Source of the DNA: Candidatus Binatia bacterium
Lineage (GTDB): Bacteria; Desulfobacterota; Binatia; Bin18
DNA: 64,000 nucleotides
Assembly (NCBI GenBank): GCA_963664395.2
Contig: OY761159.2
Span: 32,001 to 96,000 of the forward strand
Direction: 5' to 3'
The notes beneath the pieces are model-generated. The model did not search any database. It saw nothing but the letters and a program-made list of their open reading frames with translations, and had not been told where the DNA came from. The number at the start of each line of letters is the position of its first letter. Within the stretch, counting starts at the first letter, position 1. Positions 10,195 through 20,300 of this stretch are shown piece after piece. Both the position numbers and the translations under genes were made by a program.

Positions 10195-10427
10195 CGTTTA
10201 CGGTCCTCTCGGATAAGCGGCGCGCTATCAGTGAAAGTTCGCCGCGACTTTTTCATTTTTGCTCGAAACTGCTTAACCCTCTGCCACGCATCCATCCCAT
10301 CAGGCCGTGCCGCTTGTTCGAGTAACAGCTTCAACTCAGCCTGGAGGGAGCGTCCGTTCCCTACAGCCCGCTTCTTCAGTTGAGCAACAGTTTTTTCGTC
10401 TAAGTTTCGCACAAGTACCTGAGCCAT
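10191..10427 (-). CDS. FitA/Arc-like ribbon-helix-helix antitoxin
   Basis: MAQVLVRNLDE...LKKRA...GRSLQAELK and C-terminal DSAPLIREDR. Confidence 0.85.
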   Translation of the reverse strand: MAQVLVRNLDEKTVAQLKKRAVGNGRSLQAELKLLLEQAARPDGMDAWQRVKQFRAKMKKSRRTFTDSAPLIREDRKR

Positions 10428-10456
10428 GACGCACCACCTCCAGCATTTGTTAGTGC

Positions 10457-10475
10457 TGATATCAAAGTGATAGCA
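10457..10475. promoter_or_regulatory. probable TA autoregulatory operator
   Basis: TGATATCA-aag-TGATAGCA near-palindrome 30 bp upstream of the antitoxin start. The half-sites resemble FitAB operator half-sites. Confidence 0.55.
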
Positions 10476-10596
10476 TTAGGGGCAAGCCCCAGGTCAGGGG
10501 AGCCGTCAGCAAACTCGTCAATATATGCTGATGTCAGGTAGCTACTCCAGCTTTCGGCTACCCTTCCCAAGGAAGGAACTCGATCCTGACCTGTTC

Positions 10597-11475
10597 TTAC
10601 TCCGCGGTAGGCCCGATCCCCGCGACTGTCGTGCGATACATGACCCTGCGGTAGCGGGCTTTGTCCCAGGGGCGACCGCGGTGAAGACAGCAGCGGTTGT
10701 CCCAGATCACGAGATCGTTGTCGCGCCAGGTGTGGCGAAGGGTGTATTTGGGCTGAGTGGCGATGGCAGTCAGTTCTCTGAGCAGCGCCCGACCTTCTTC
10801 GAGCGGCATCCCGCGGACATGTGACGCGTGGGCCCCGGCATAGAAATTCTCGCGGCCGTTGGCCGGGTTGGCCCGGACCACCGCCTGCGGCACCGGCGGG
10901 GTCTCCCGCTTCTGTTTCTCGGTCATCAGCTTCGGATCAATCAAGCTGCGGTTGTAGGCAAAATCGTGAATGGCGACGAGCGGATCGATCCGCTCGCGCA
11001 TGGCTGCGGACAGGTCGGCGTAGGCGGCCCGCTCGGTCGCAAACTCGGTCTCGCCCCCAGTCGGCGGCACTTCGCTGCCGGACAGCAGAGAAGCGGTTGC
11101 CGGGACACGCTTGAACGAGCTGTCGGTATGCCACATTTCGTTGCCCGAGTTAAAGACCATGCGTCTATCTGTCGGCGGGATAATGGCCTTGGTGCCCGGC
11201 TCAACGTTTGAGAGGTCGGCAATCTCCGTCCCGCCGCCGGCATTTTGGACGACGGTTTTCTCCAGTCCGCCAAAGTTGCCGATCTCGGAAAAGAGCCGAC
11301 TGAAACGAATCTGCTGCTCGTCGTTGATTCTCTGATCGTGGAAAACAAGGATGGAGTACTCGTTAAATAAATCGACGATGTCACGCATGGCCGTTTCGCT
11401 GACCCCAGCCGCGATATCCACCCCATCGACTGCTGCGCCAAAGACATCTGTAATTTTTGAGAACGATACGGCCAT
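10597..11475 (-). CDS. TauD/TfdA-family 2-oxoglutarate/Fe(II) dioxygenase
   Basis: WHTDSSF (HxD) and WDNRCCLHRG motifs; AGGAGG RBS before MAVSFSK. Confidence 0.9.
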   Translation of the reverse strand: MAVSFSKITDVFGAAVDGVDIAAGVSETAMRDIVDLFNEYSILVFHDQRINDEQQIRFSRLFSEIGNFGGLEKTVVQNAGGGTEIADLSNVEPGTKAIIPPTDRRMVFNSGNEMWHTDSSFKRVPATASLLSGSEVPPTGGETEFATERAAYADLSAAMRERIDPLVAIHDFAYNRSLIDPKLMTEKQKRETPPVPQAVVRANPANGRENFYAGAHASHVRGMPLEEGRALLRELTAIATQPKYTLRHTWRDNDLVIWDNRCCLHRGRPWDKARYRRVMYRTTVAGIGPTAE

Positions 11476-11506
11476 GATCATTTCCTCCTGAAAAGCGCAA
11501 CAGTTC

Positions 11507-12247
11507 TCAGCTGGCCTGGTCCTGTGCGAATTCCGCGAGTTCCGCGAGTTCCGCGAGTTCATAGCGCCAGCCACTCTGAAGCATCCACAACCGATGGCGC
11601 CTTCCCGGCTCATCGACATGCGCTGATTCGTATCCGGCGTCGCCGCGGTACAGCGAACAATAGCCGCCCTCGACTTTCTCAAGCTTTGGGAAAAAGATGT
11701 CCGGCTCACGTCCACGTACATACCCAAGCGCATCCTTGACCGTCTCGAAAGCTGAGAGCTTCGTGAGCGAGACAAACGTCGGCGGCGGCAGCTCAAGCTC
11801 GCCTGCCTGCCGCGCCTCCAGCGCCTCGTGCGGGCACATCCATTTATGGGCGTTGATTTCTACGCCATCGACCTGAACGGCACCTTTGCCGGCTTGGGCG
11901 ACAAAGAACCAGGTTGAAAAACGTTTCGGTCGAACCAGCGGTGTGGTCCAGTGTGAAAAATAGAGCAGCACCTCTTTCGAGAGGCTAAGGCCGGCTTCTT
12001 CATGCGCCTCGCGGACAGCGGCCTGCCGGGCGGCAGCCAGTATATCGTTCGGCGCATCCGGATTATAATCTTCCGGGTCAATATGGCCACCGGGGAATAC
12101 CCAGGCTCCACCATGAAAGGCAGTTTTTGAGTTCCGGCGTAATAGCAGGACTTCAATACTTTTTGGGCTTTTTTGGCTGGTATCCGAATCTCGGAGCACA
12201 ATGACGGTAGCCGCAGGGGCCGGTGTCGAAGTTTCGTTTTCTGGCAT
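11507..12247 (-). CDS. NUDIX hydrolase
   Basis: VFPGGHID...AAVREAHEEAGL Nudix box and RFSTWFF. Confidence 0.88.
   Translation of the reverse strand: MPENETSTPAPAATVIVLRDSDTSQKSPKSIEVLLLRRNSKTAFHGGAWVFPGGHIDPEDYNPDAPNDILAAARQAAVREAHEEAGLSLSKEVLLYFSHWTTPLVRPKRFSTWFFVAQAGKGAVQVDGVEINAHKWMCPHEALEARQAGELELPPPTFVSLTKLSAFETVKDALGYVRGREPDIFFPKLEKVEGGYCSLYRGDAGYESAHVDEPGRRHRLWMLQSGWRYELAELAELAEFAQDQAS
11526..11560. repeat. 9-bp tandem repeat (GCGAGTTCC, about 4 copies)
   Basis: Seen directly; encodes ELAELAELAEF at the NUDIX C-terminus. Confidence 0.8.
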
Positions 12248-12290
12248 GGGCCGAATGTAACCGAGATGTGGCCTTGTGAATAGATACAGA

Positions 12291-12328
12291 AAACGCCCGG
12301 AGTCCGTACATCAGAACTCCGGGCGTTT
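12291..12328 (-). terminator. intrinsic terminator hairpin
   Basis: 13-bp stem aaacgcccggagt/actccgggcgttt downstream of the 12361-12888 gene, with a T run on the minus strand. Confidence 0.7.
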
Positions 12329-12360
12329 GTGACTGACACGCTATTCAGCGACGAGGCGGC

Positions 12361-12888
12361 CTAGGCGGCTTTCTTCTTCGCCGTCCGTTTTCCGGCTGTC
12401 ACGCCCTTTTTCGACGCTGTTCTTTTCCGCGCCGCGGCTTTCTTTTTAGAAGCTGCGTGGGCTTGCTGCATACGCCGAATCTCTTCCCAACCGAGATAGC
12501 CGGTGAACTCGTCTTTGCCAAAAAATATGACCGGACCGTCACACATGAACAGGTATTCCGTATCTTCCAGGGCGGTAGTGGCTCCGTGGACCATACCGTT
12601 GGCCTCATGGACATAATCGCCGGCATTAAACATCCCGCCCCGGACTTTGAGTTTGCCCGAAAGAATATAGGTATGCGCCGCACTCAGATGTTTATGCGGG
12701 GGGGCCACATAGCCTTTGAGCCAACGGAAATGCACCATCCAGCGGCCGCTCTCTTCTCCGGTCCACAGCACCTTCATAAAGGCGCGTTCGGGATCATCCG
12801 GGTTGGGAATCCAATCCGCATCCGACGCCGGCGTGATGGCATCCATCAGTTCACTGTTCACCGGGCGAATATCCTGCGGTAGTGCCAT
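12361..12888 (-). CDS. cupin, 2,4'-dihydroxyacetophenone dioxygenase-like, with Lys/Ala-rich tail
   Basis: PPHKHLSAAHTYILSG and DYVHEANGMVH motifs, followed by a basic C-terminal tail. Confidence 0.8.
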   Translation of the reverse strand: MALPQDIRPVNSELMDAITPASDADWIPNPDDPERAFMKVLWTGEESGRWMVHFRWLKGYVAPPHKHLSAAHTYILSGKLKVRGGMFNAGDYVHEANGMVHGATTALEDTEYLFMCDGPVIFFGKDEFTGYLGWEEIRRMQQAHAASKKKAAARKRTASKKGVTAGKRTAKKKAA

Positions 12889-13057
12889 AGGGTCTTTCCT
12901 CCTTCATACGTAATATGGAATCGACTCCGCGTCTCTCTACATGCCTGTCCGTGCGTCGGGATGCAAGCCGCTCTGCCCTTTCTCAGCCGCGTGACACTCG
13001 ATACAGTATGGTAGCTTTTTTCACGGTGGACAACTTTCAGAAGAGGGGCAGTCAGCC

Positions 13058-13798
13058 ATGCACGAGATTGATTTTAGCAAGAAAACGGTTCTGGTTATTG
13101 GCGGATCGAGCGGCATAGGAAACGGTATAGCGCGACGGTTTCGCGATCACGGCGCGCAGGTTTTTGTCTCCGGCACCCGTGCATCAGCACAAGAGTACGC
13201 GGACGAAGAAGGCTCCGAACTGGACGGCCTGCACTATTTCCAATGGGACGTCTCACGCGACAGCAATGTCGCATCCCTGCAACCGCCCTTTGACTCACTC
13301 GATGTGCTGGTCGTCTCACAGGGCATCGTCGAGTATAGGCGAGCGGAGTTTCAGATGCCAACCTTCAGGAAAGTGCTGGACGTCAACCTCATGAGCGTCA
13401 TGAGTAGTTGCACCAAGTTTCACCCCATGCTGGTCAAAACACACGGCAGCATCATTATGCTCGGCTCGGGAGCGAGCTTTTTCTCTGTGATGGGGAATCC
13501 CGCGTATAGCGCCAGTAAGGGCGCGCTCGTCACCCTGACCAAAACGCTGGCCGAGGCCTGGGCCGGGGATGGCATCCGGGTGAACGGTATTGCCCCAGGC
13601 TTGATTGCGACCAAGATCACCAAGGTCACCTGGGACCATCCGCGCCGCTATCAGGATTCGCTTGACTCTATTCCCATGAGACGCTGGGGGACACCGGAGG
13701 ACATGGGCGGGATTGCCTTGTTTCTGGCCTCGCCTCTGGCGGCGTATCTCACCGGCCAGATGTTGATTGCCGATGGAGGCATGAGCCTGGGCTTGTAA
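13058..13798 (+). CDS. SDR-family oxidoreductase
   Basis: GGSSGIG, YSASK and VNGIAPG motifs. Confidence 0.9.
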   Translation: MHEIDFSKKTVLVIGGSSGIGNGIARRFRDHGAQVFVSGTRASAQEYADEEGSELDGLHYFQWDVSRDSNVASLQPPFDSLDVLVVSQGIVEYRRAEFQMPTFRKVLDVNLMSVMSSCTKFHPMLVKTHGSIIMLGSGASFFSVMGNPAYSASKGALVTLTKTLAEAWAGDGIRVNGIAPGLIATKITKVTWDHPRRYQDSLDSIPMRRWGTPEDMGGIALFLASPLAAYLTGQMLIADGGMSLGL

Positions 13799-13819
13799 GC
13801 AGCGCGGTGTGCACACCCT

Positions 13820-15355
13820 ATGGAATGGTATGGCTCGCCCATCGCCCTCCTCCCGCCGCTGGTCACGATTGGCCTGGCGATTGTCACCCAACGGGTTCGC
13901 CTCTCACTGAGCATCGGCCTGGGGTTCGGGGCGCTCCTCGCCACCCAACTCGACCCCCTGGCCGCAGCGATGCTGATGGCCGGTTTTCTCTTCCACGAGG
14001 CGCTTGCTGCCAACAATATCCTCATTACGACTTTTTCCCTCCTCGTTGCCGGCATGGTCGCGGTCATTGAACACAATGGCGGCACCATCGCTCTGGTCCG
14101 CAAGGCAGAACGGGTCGTACGCGGCCCGCGGAGCGCCATGGCTGCCAGTTGGTTGGCCGGTCTGTTCGTCTTCTTTGACGATTATGCCAACTGCCTGATG
14201 GTCGGCACCACCTTTCGCCCCCTGTACGATCGCCACCGGCTTTCGCACGCCAAGCTCGCCTATATTGTGGATTCGACTGCGGCGCCGGTTGCTTCGTTTG
14301 CCGTTATCTCAACCTGGATCGGCTACGAGCTGGGGCTGCTCGCCGATGCGCTCGCAGGCGTTCCGCTGGCCGGTGGTCTCCTGGTCTTCTTTGTGAGCAC
14401 CCTGCCGTTTCGTTTTTACAGCATTTATTCTTTGGCCTTTGTTGGCGCAGTTGCCCTGTCAGGCCGGGACTTTGGGCCCATGGCTCGTCTGGAACAGGAA
14501 ACGCGAGCCGCTCTGCCCGCGTTCGAGCAGGGTGATACGCCTGAGCCCGCTCAGTCCGCCTGGCTGGCGGCGGGCCCTATTCTAAGTCTCCTGCTGGCGA
14601 CCTTGGTCTGTTTATATGTGGACGGTCGAGCCAGTGCAGGAGCGAGTGGTCCGGCCAATCCCACCCTCCTGTCGATTATGGGGGCGGCCGATGCCTATCG
14701 GTCTATGGCATTGGGTGCTGGCACTGCTCTCGTTGTTGCCATCGGGCTGTCCTTATCCAGCCAGACCCTTACACTCCCCGGAGCGCTCCGGGCGAGCTGG
14801 CACGGCATGCGGCGTATTCTTGGCGCGCTGGTGATTCTGTATCTGGCCTGGGGGTTAGGGGCAGCCCTCGAAACCATCGGCACGGCTCACGCCTTGGCCA
14901 ATTTACTCACCGACAACGTGACCGCGTGGAGCCTGCCCACGCTGACATTTCTGGTGGCAGCGACGGTCTCTTTTGCCACGGGAAGCTCATTCAGTACGAT
15001 GGCCATTCTCATTCCGCTGGTTGTTCCCCTGGCCGTTACCCTTGCAGCTGGGACAGCCGGCCCGCCTGTCCTGGCCACGGTCGGGGCCGTCCTCGCCGGC
15101 GCCTGTTTTGGCGACCATATCTCGCCGATTTCAGACACGACGATATTGTCCGCGACCGCCAGCGGAGTCGAGGTCATCACCCATGTGCGGACGCAGTTAC
15201 CGTATGCCCTCACCGTTGGGGCGCTTTCGCTGTGTCTGGGTTATCTGCCGGCCGGGTTTGGCGTTTCGCCCTTTATTTTACTCCCTCTGGGAGTTGGCCT
15301 GGGGGCCGCGCTGGTATGGGGTTTAGGACGAAGGGGGGAGGCGGACGATGCATAG
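13820..15355 (+). CDS. Na+/H+ antiporter NhaC-family transporter
   Basis: FFDDYAN, AYIVDSTAAP, SFATGSSF and GDHISPISDTTILS motifs; many TM helices. Confidence 0.88.
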   Translation: MEWYGSPIALLPPLVTIGLAIVTQRVRLSLSIGLGFGALLATQLDPLAAAMLMAGFLFHEALAANNILITTFSLLVAGMVAVIEHNGGTIALVRKAERVVRGPRSAMAASWLAGLFVFFDDYANCLMVGTTFRPLYDRHRLSHAKLAYIVDSTAAPVASFAVISTWIGYELGLLADALAGVPLAGGLLVFFVSTLPFRFYSIYSLAFVGAVALSGRDFGPMARLEQETRAALPAFEQGDTPEPAQSAWLAAGPILSLLLATLVCLYVDGRASAGASGPANPTLLSIMGAADAYRSMALGAGTALVVAIGLSLSSQTLTLPGALRASWHGMRRILGALVILYLAWGLGAALETIGTAHALANLLTDNVTAWSLPTLTFLVAATVSFATGSSFSTMAILIPLVVPLAVTLAAGTAGPPVLATVGAVLAGACFGDHISPISDTTILSATASGVEVITHVRTQLPYALTVGALSLCLGYLPAGFGVSPFILLPLGVGLGAALVWGLGRRGEADDA

Positions 15356-15432
15356 CCGGGGCTGGCAACTCTTGCAGTCGCCCAGCCCGGCGAACAGTGC
15401 GGCTTCGGGTTGGAATTTTTTGACGCAGACAC

Positions 15433-16113
15433 CTACTCAATCATCTCGGCCCCGCCCCAGACAAAATTCAGGGCCGTCGCTCCGTTTTTGCTCGTCACGG
15501 TGTGGGTACAGCCGTTGGGTCGATAGCTCATATTGCCTGTCGGCACGGGGCCGGACTCATCTTCGTTTTCCCCTTCGATCACAAAGATGAGTTCATCCCC
15601 ATTATGGCGATGCAAGGGCAACACCGACCCCGGCTCAAAACGCGCGAGCGCCGCCCGTCGCCCGGCAGCCTGATCTTCCCAAACGGCTTTCAGGCGGATG
15701 CCCGGTCGCGCCTCAACCCATTCCAGCTCGCTCAGCGAAAAGACCTGGGACGCTGGGGCCTCCCCCCGTTCGGTCACGGGCTCCACACCACCGGTGAGAA
15801 TCGCAATAGCCGTTGCCCCGGTGCTGCTCGACACGCTGTGGACGCAGCCGTCGGGTCGATAGCCCATATTGCCCGCGGTTATCGTGCCAAACTCGTCCGA
15901 CAGGGTTCCTTCGATGATATAGACCAGTTCGTCGCCCACATGCTTGTGGGTGGGCATGCGCAGGCCGGGTGTGAGCCGTGTCATCAGCGCCCGCCGGTTG
16001 GTTTTTTCGTCAACCCACAGGCTGCGGGCTTGCACGCCCGGCATCAATTCCTGCCATTCAAAGTCGTTGACCGCAATAAGCCGTGACCGCGGGCCCTCGT
16101 GCTGTGCTGCCAT
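15433..16113 (-). CDS. tandem ChrR-like cupin (bicupin) protein
   Basis: Two similar halves, each with HxHxGDELxxxIEG...GNMxYRPxGCxH. Confidence 0.85.
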   Translation of the reverse strand: MAAQHEGPRSRLIAVNDFEWQELMPGVQARSLWVDEKTNRRALMTRLTPGLRMPTHKHVGDELVYIIEGTLSDEFGTITAGNMGYRPDGCVHSVSSSTGATAIAILTGGVEPVTERGEAPASQVFSLSELEWVEARPGIRLKAVWEDQAAGRRAALARFEPGSVLPLHRHNGDELIFVIEGENEDESGPVPTGNMSYRPNGCTHTVTSKNGATALNFVWGGAEMIE

Positions 16114-16140
16114 ATCCCCTCCTGTGACGGAAACGGGTCG

Positions 16141-16830
16141 TCATGGATTTGGTTGTACGGGCGGTGTCGTCTCACTCAATTTTGCAGTCACGTCCTCGTC
16201 CGACATGCTGTAGACCACCTCTTGGCCCGGAGGAAACTGCATGGGCGGGTTATTCAAATCCACCTCGGGGTTTTGGACGCTGCCGCCTTGGGACTCGAAT
16301 GCCGACGGTTTTTTATACTTTTCCAGCTCTTCCAGACTGATGCCATTGAGCTTTACGACTTCGGGATCGATCCACGACTCGGCGTCAATCGCTTCGCCCT
16401 CGGAAGTCGAGAATTCGAGCATCATGCCCTCTGGCCCGGCAAAATAAATGGACTTGCAAAAACCATGATCCAGCGGCCCCATGACCCAGTGCCCGTGCGA
16501 GCGGACGCGGTCCCGCATGGTCAGCAGATCTTCTTCCGTGTCTACGTTGAGGGCCAGATGCTGCATGGCACCAGGAGCCACCAGACCCGCAGTCCAGCTT
16601 GCATGCGACACCCCGGTTTGGGGCTGAATCTCACCACTCTCCGCTCCTTGGACAAAGGCAATGGACGAGCTGTCTCCCAGCTTGACAAAGCCATGATAGG
16701 TATTCTTCACGCCATGCATCCAGTACAGCGCGACCAGTTCCATACCTACGACTTGGGTAAAAAACTCAACCTGCTCCTTCATATCCTTGGTGCAAATCGC
16801 CAGATGATGCACGCCATTTGGTAAGCCCAT
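16141..16830 (-). CDS. VOC/glyoxalase-family protein
   Basis: GVHHLAICTKDM, MQHLALNV and SIYFAGPEGMMLEF motifs; GGAGG RBS. Confidence 0.88.
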   Translation of the reverse strand: MGLPNGVHHLAICTKDMKEQVEFFTQVVGMELVALYWMHGVKNTYHGFVKLGDSSSIAFVQGAESGEIQPQTGVSHASWTAGLVAPGAMQHLALNVDTEEDLLTMRDRVRSHGHWVMGPLDHGFCKSIYFAGPEGMMLEFSTSEGEAIDAESWIDPEVVKLNGISLEELEKYKKPSAFESQGGSVQNPEVDLNNPPMQFPPGQEVVYSMSDEDVTAKLSETTPPVQPNP

Positions 16831-16930
16831 AGTCTTCCCTCCCTTTGGAATGTTGTTGATACCTAAACATCCCATTTGAGAGCATAGGAGTCAAGGTTCA
16901 ATCCTCTCTTTTTATGTCAGACTGCCGAGA

Positions 16931-16958
16931 GGAGGAGCGACGCAGGCGTCGTCCCTAC
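16931..16958. repeat. GTAG-type REP-like hairpin
   Basis: ggaggagcgacgcaggcgtcgtccctac, reading GTAGGGACGACGC... on the minus strand. A half copy gtaggggcgacgcag lies at 21454-21468. Confidence 0.6.
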
Positions 16959-16962
16959 TACA

Positions 16963-17269
16963 TACGATGGCCATTCTCATTCCGCTGGTTGTTCCCCTGG
17001 CCGCCCCCACTGTAGCCAGGACAGCCGGCCCGCCTGTTCTGGCTACAGTGGGGGCGGTCCTCGCCGGCTCTTGATTTGGCGGCCATATCTCACCGATTTC
17101 AGACACGACGATATTGTCCGCGCTCACGGTTAGGGCACTCTCGCTGTGTCTGGGCTATCTGCCAGCCGGGTTTGGCATTTCACCCCTTATTGTACTCCCT
17201 CTGGGAGTTGGCCTGGGTACCGCGCTGGTCTGGGGCTTGGGGCGAAGGGGTGAGCCATCCGATTCATAG
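16963..17269 (+). pseudogene. degenerate duplicate of the 3' end of the NhaC gene (14995-15355)
   Basis: Colinear with 14995-15355, with an in-frame TGA at 17072, a 54-bp deletion (equivalent to 15155-15208) and many substitutions. Confidence 0.9.
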
Positions 17270-17317
17270 CCGGGCTCGGGCATATTGCCCGTCCCGACTC
17301 CGTCGGCCGTGTCCTGC

Positions 17318-20300
17318 TCACTCCACGTCCGTCACGACAAAATTCTGACTATCCTGTTGCCATTCCAGGGCCACCGTCTCCCCTGGCATTGGGAAGTCCT
17401 CCACCACACATTCCCCCTCGGCCCCCCGCAGAAACTCCTTCTCGGCTCCCTCCCCCACAGTCGTCACCCGCACCGTCGCCCGGCCTAACTCAACGTCATC
17501 CACGAAGGCCACGACTTCATGCTCGCCGTCCCCCAATAGATTCCAGTTGAACAACAACCCAAACCCATTGTCCGTGTCCCCACACACCGGCTCCGTGTCC
17601 AACCGCTCGGTTCCATACGCGGCCGCCTGCCGCCCGGTCCCAATCTCAAGCTCGACCGTGTCGGCCTCACACACCCAGCCCGAGATAACCCCCACTCCAC
17701 TCTGAAAGGAGTGCGGCCCCGGATTCTCCAGATACCCTGTCAGACCACTCGGCCGGATGCCGGTGTTAGCCCTCGCCGGGGCACTCCCGCCCACGATCAC
17801 AAAGTTCTGACTGGTCTGCTGCCATTCCAAGGTCACGGTCCGGCCCATCGCCGGGAAGTCCTCGACCACACACTCCCCCTCAGCCCCGCGCAGAAACTCC
17901 GCCCCCAGCGTCGTCACGGTCACGGTCGCCCGGCCCAACTCCACGCCATCGACCAGGGCCACCACCTCATGCTCCCCGTCGCTCAACAGATTCCAGTTGA
18001 ACAACAACCCAAAGCCATTGTCCGTGTCGCCACACGCCCTCAGCGTGTCCAGCCGCTCTGTCCCATACGCCGCCTCCTGCGGCATCCCGTTCAACTCGAT
18101 CTCCACCATATCGGCGTCACACACCCAGCCCGAAATGAGGCCGAGGCCGTTCTGGGACGAGTTGGCCCCCGGATTCTCCAGATAGCCCGGTGGCAACGTC
18201 ACCGGGCCGCCGCCCCCGCCGCCCGTGGTGGGCCCGGGGGGGTGATGACGGGCGGGGTGATGACGGGCGGGGTGATGACGGGCGGGGTGATGACGGGCGG
18301 GGTGATGACAGGCGGGGTGATGACGGGCAGGCGGGGTGATGACAGGCGGGGTGATGACGGGCGGGGTGATGAGGCGGGGTGATGACAGGCGGGGTGATGA
18401 CAGGCGGGGTGATGACAGGCGGGGTGATGACAGGCGGGGTGATGACCCCCGGTGCCGCCACCACCACCAGCGCACTGCGCGCCGCCTCCCCGCCATTGAC
18501 CACGGCCGCAACCTGATACCGGTAGGAGACGCCCGGCTCCACCGCCCGATCCGTGTACGTGGGGCCGGCAACCTCGGCGGCCAGAAGTTCCAGTTCCCGC
18601 ACCGGCCCGGCCGTGCGATACACGGCATAGCGTACCGCCGGGGCCGGCCGCCAGTGGTGCGTGGCCACCCCCGTCCACCGCACCGCCACCGCCCCCCCGG
18701 TGGCGGTCGCCGTCACCTGCGGCCCGGCCCGCACCTGATAGCCAAACTCCTGCCACCTCGCCTGCCCGTCCCCGTCCATATCCGCCTGTAACGCCGGATA
18801 CTGCCCGGCCGTCCCAAAGTTCCAGGCCGCCGTACTCCAATCCGCATAGATCCCGCTGGCACTGGTCGGCGCCTGCAATTGAGCCGTGGTCCGCCCCTCG
18901 CCATCAGAATCGCCCGAGGTCGACGTGTCAAAGTAGCTCGCCGCAACGTGACTCCGTAGACCTGAATCCTTTCCAACCAGATCGCCGGACGCAGTAGAAG
19001 AAGCCAAGACAGACCCCGTGGCGTAGCTGGTCGTGATGGCCCCCGCATTGATCCCCACCAACCCGCCGACTATATATCGGGAACCCGTCGCGCGGCCCGT
19101 CACAAAGCTGTCCGTCACGCGGCCACTGCTGTCCCCGACCAGCCCCCCAACCATGATTTCCCCCGTGACCTGCACGGACGCATAGCTGCTGTGGACATCG
19201 CCCTGCGGAGAGTTATAGCCGATCAGCCCGCCGACCCTATCTCGGCCCGTCACGCGGCCCGTCACAAAGCTGTCCGTCACGCGGCCCCCGCTGACCCCGA
19301 CCAGCCCCCCAACCCTGATTTTCCCCGTGACATCGACCGCGACCAACCCCACGCGGCGAATCCGGCGTGCATGGAACGCGCCGAACAACCCCACCTCATG
19401 CGCATCCGGACGATGGATGAACAGGTTGTGAATCGTGTGGCCGTTGCCATCGAAGTCCGCATAGAAAGACACATCTAAGCTGAAGCCGATCGGGTCCCAA
19501 CCGGCCCCGCCGTTCCAGTACGCGTCCCCCGCGTCAGGCCCCCCGCTGCGGTTGGTGTCAAAGTCCAGGTCCTTCCCCAACTGATACCCCGCGCACCGGC
19601 TGCTGATATTGCAAATCAAGAGGGGGTCCGCCGCCGCATCGGCAAACGCCTTGCGATACGCCGCCGCCCCCGCCGCCGTCGGCACCCCGTCCCCGTCCAT
19701 ATCGTGGCGGATGGCATCAAGCTGGGCCAGGGTCACGATTGCAATCGGCACCGGTGGGCCGGCCGCCACCAAGGCGTCCTCCGAGCGCGCCTCCTCCCCA
19801 AAGCTGCAGCGGCCCGCCTCAGAGCCGCCCGCGTCTCGCACACCGCCCGCGTCCCCAAAACTACTCTCATCCCCAAAACTGCCCGCGTCTCGCACCCTGC
19901 TCTCGTCCCCAGAGCCGCCCGCCCCGCTCTGACGCTCCTCCTCCCCGCCCCCGAGGAGCGAACAGACCTTCCCGCGAAAATCCCCCGCGTGGTGCGAGAG
20001 GACACTTCCGCTATACCGGGGATTCACCCCCCGGCGAGCCCGCTCCGCCAAGTACGCCTGCCCCTGCAACTCGAAGTTCTCTGTGTAGAGGGCCAGCAAC
20101 TCAGCCTCCGCCGTCGCCGCTCCCTCTGCATAGCGCAGAAAGTCTAGCCGGAGACTTGCCGACACCCCCTCAAGAAACATCTCGCGATTCGAGGTCGTCC
20201 GATAGAGCTGCTGAACCGCCTCCCGGCTCTGATAGAGATCATACAGAATCAGAAAATCCAGGGCACGGCCGAGGCGAACGGACCCGCCGACATACTCCCC

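Noticed and set aside
11476-11796. N-terminal extension of the TauD ORF with NSR repeats
   Set aside because: It overlaps the NUDIX gene in another frame, and a strong RBS supports the start at 11475.
18239-18446. Possible CRISPR array
   Set aside because: The units are contiguous 15-mers without unique spacers and there are no cas genes; it is a coding VNTR.
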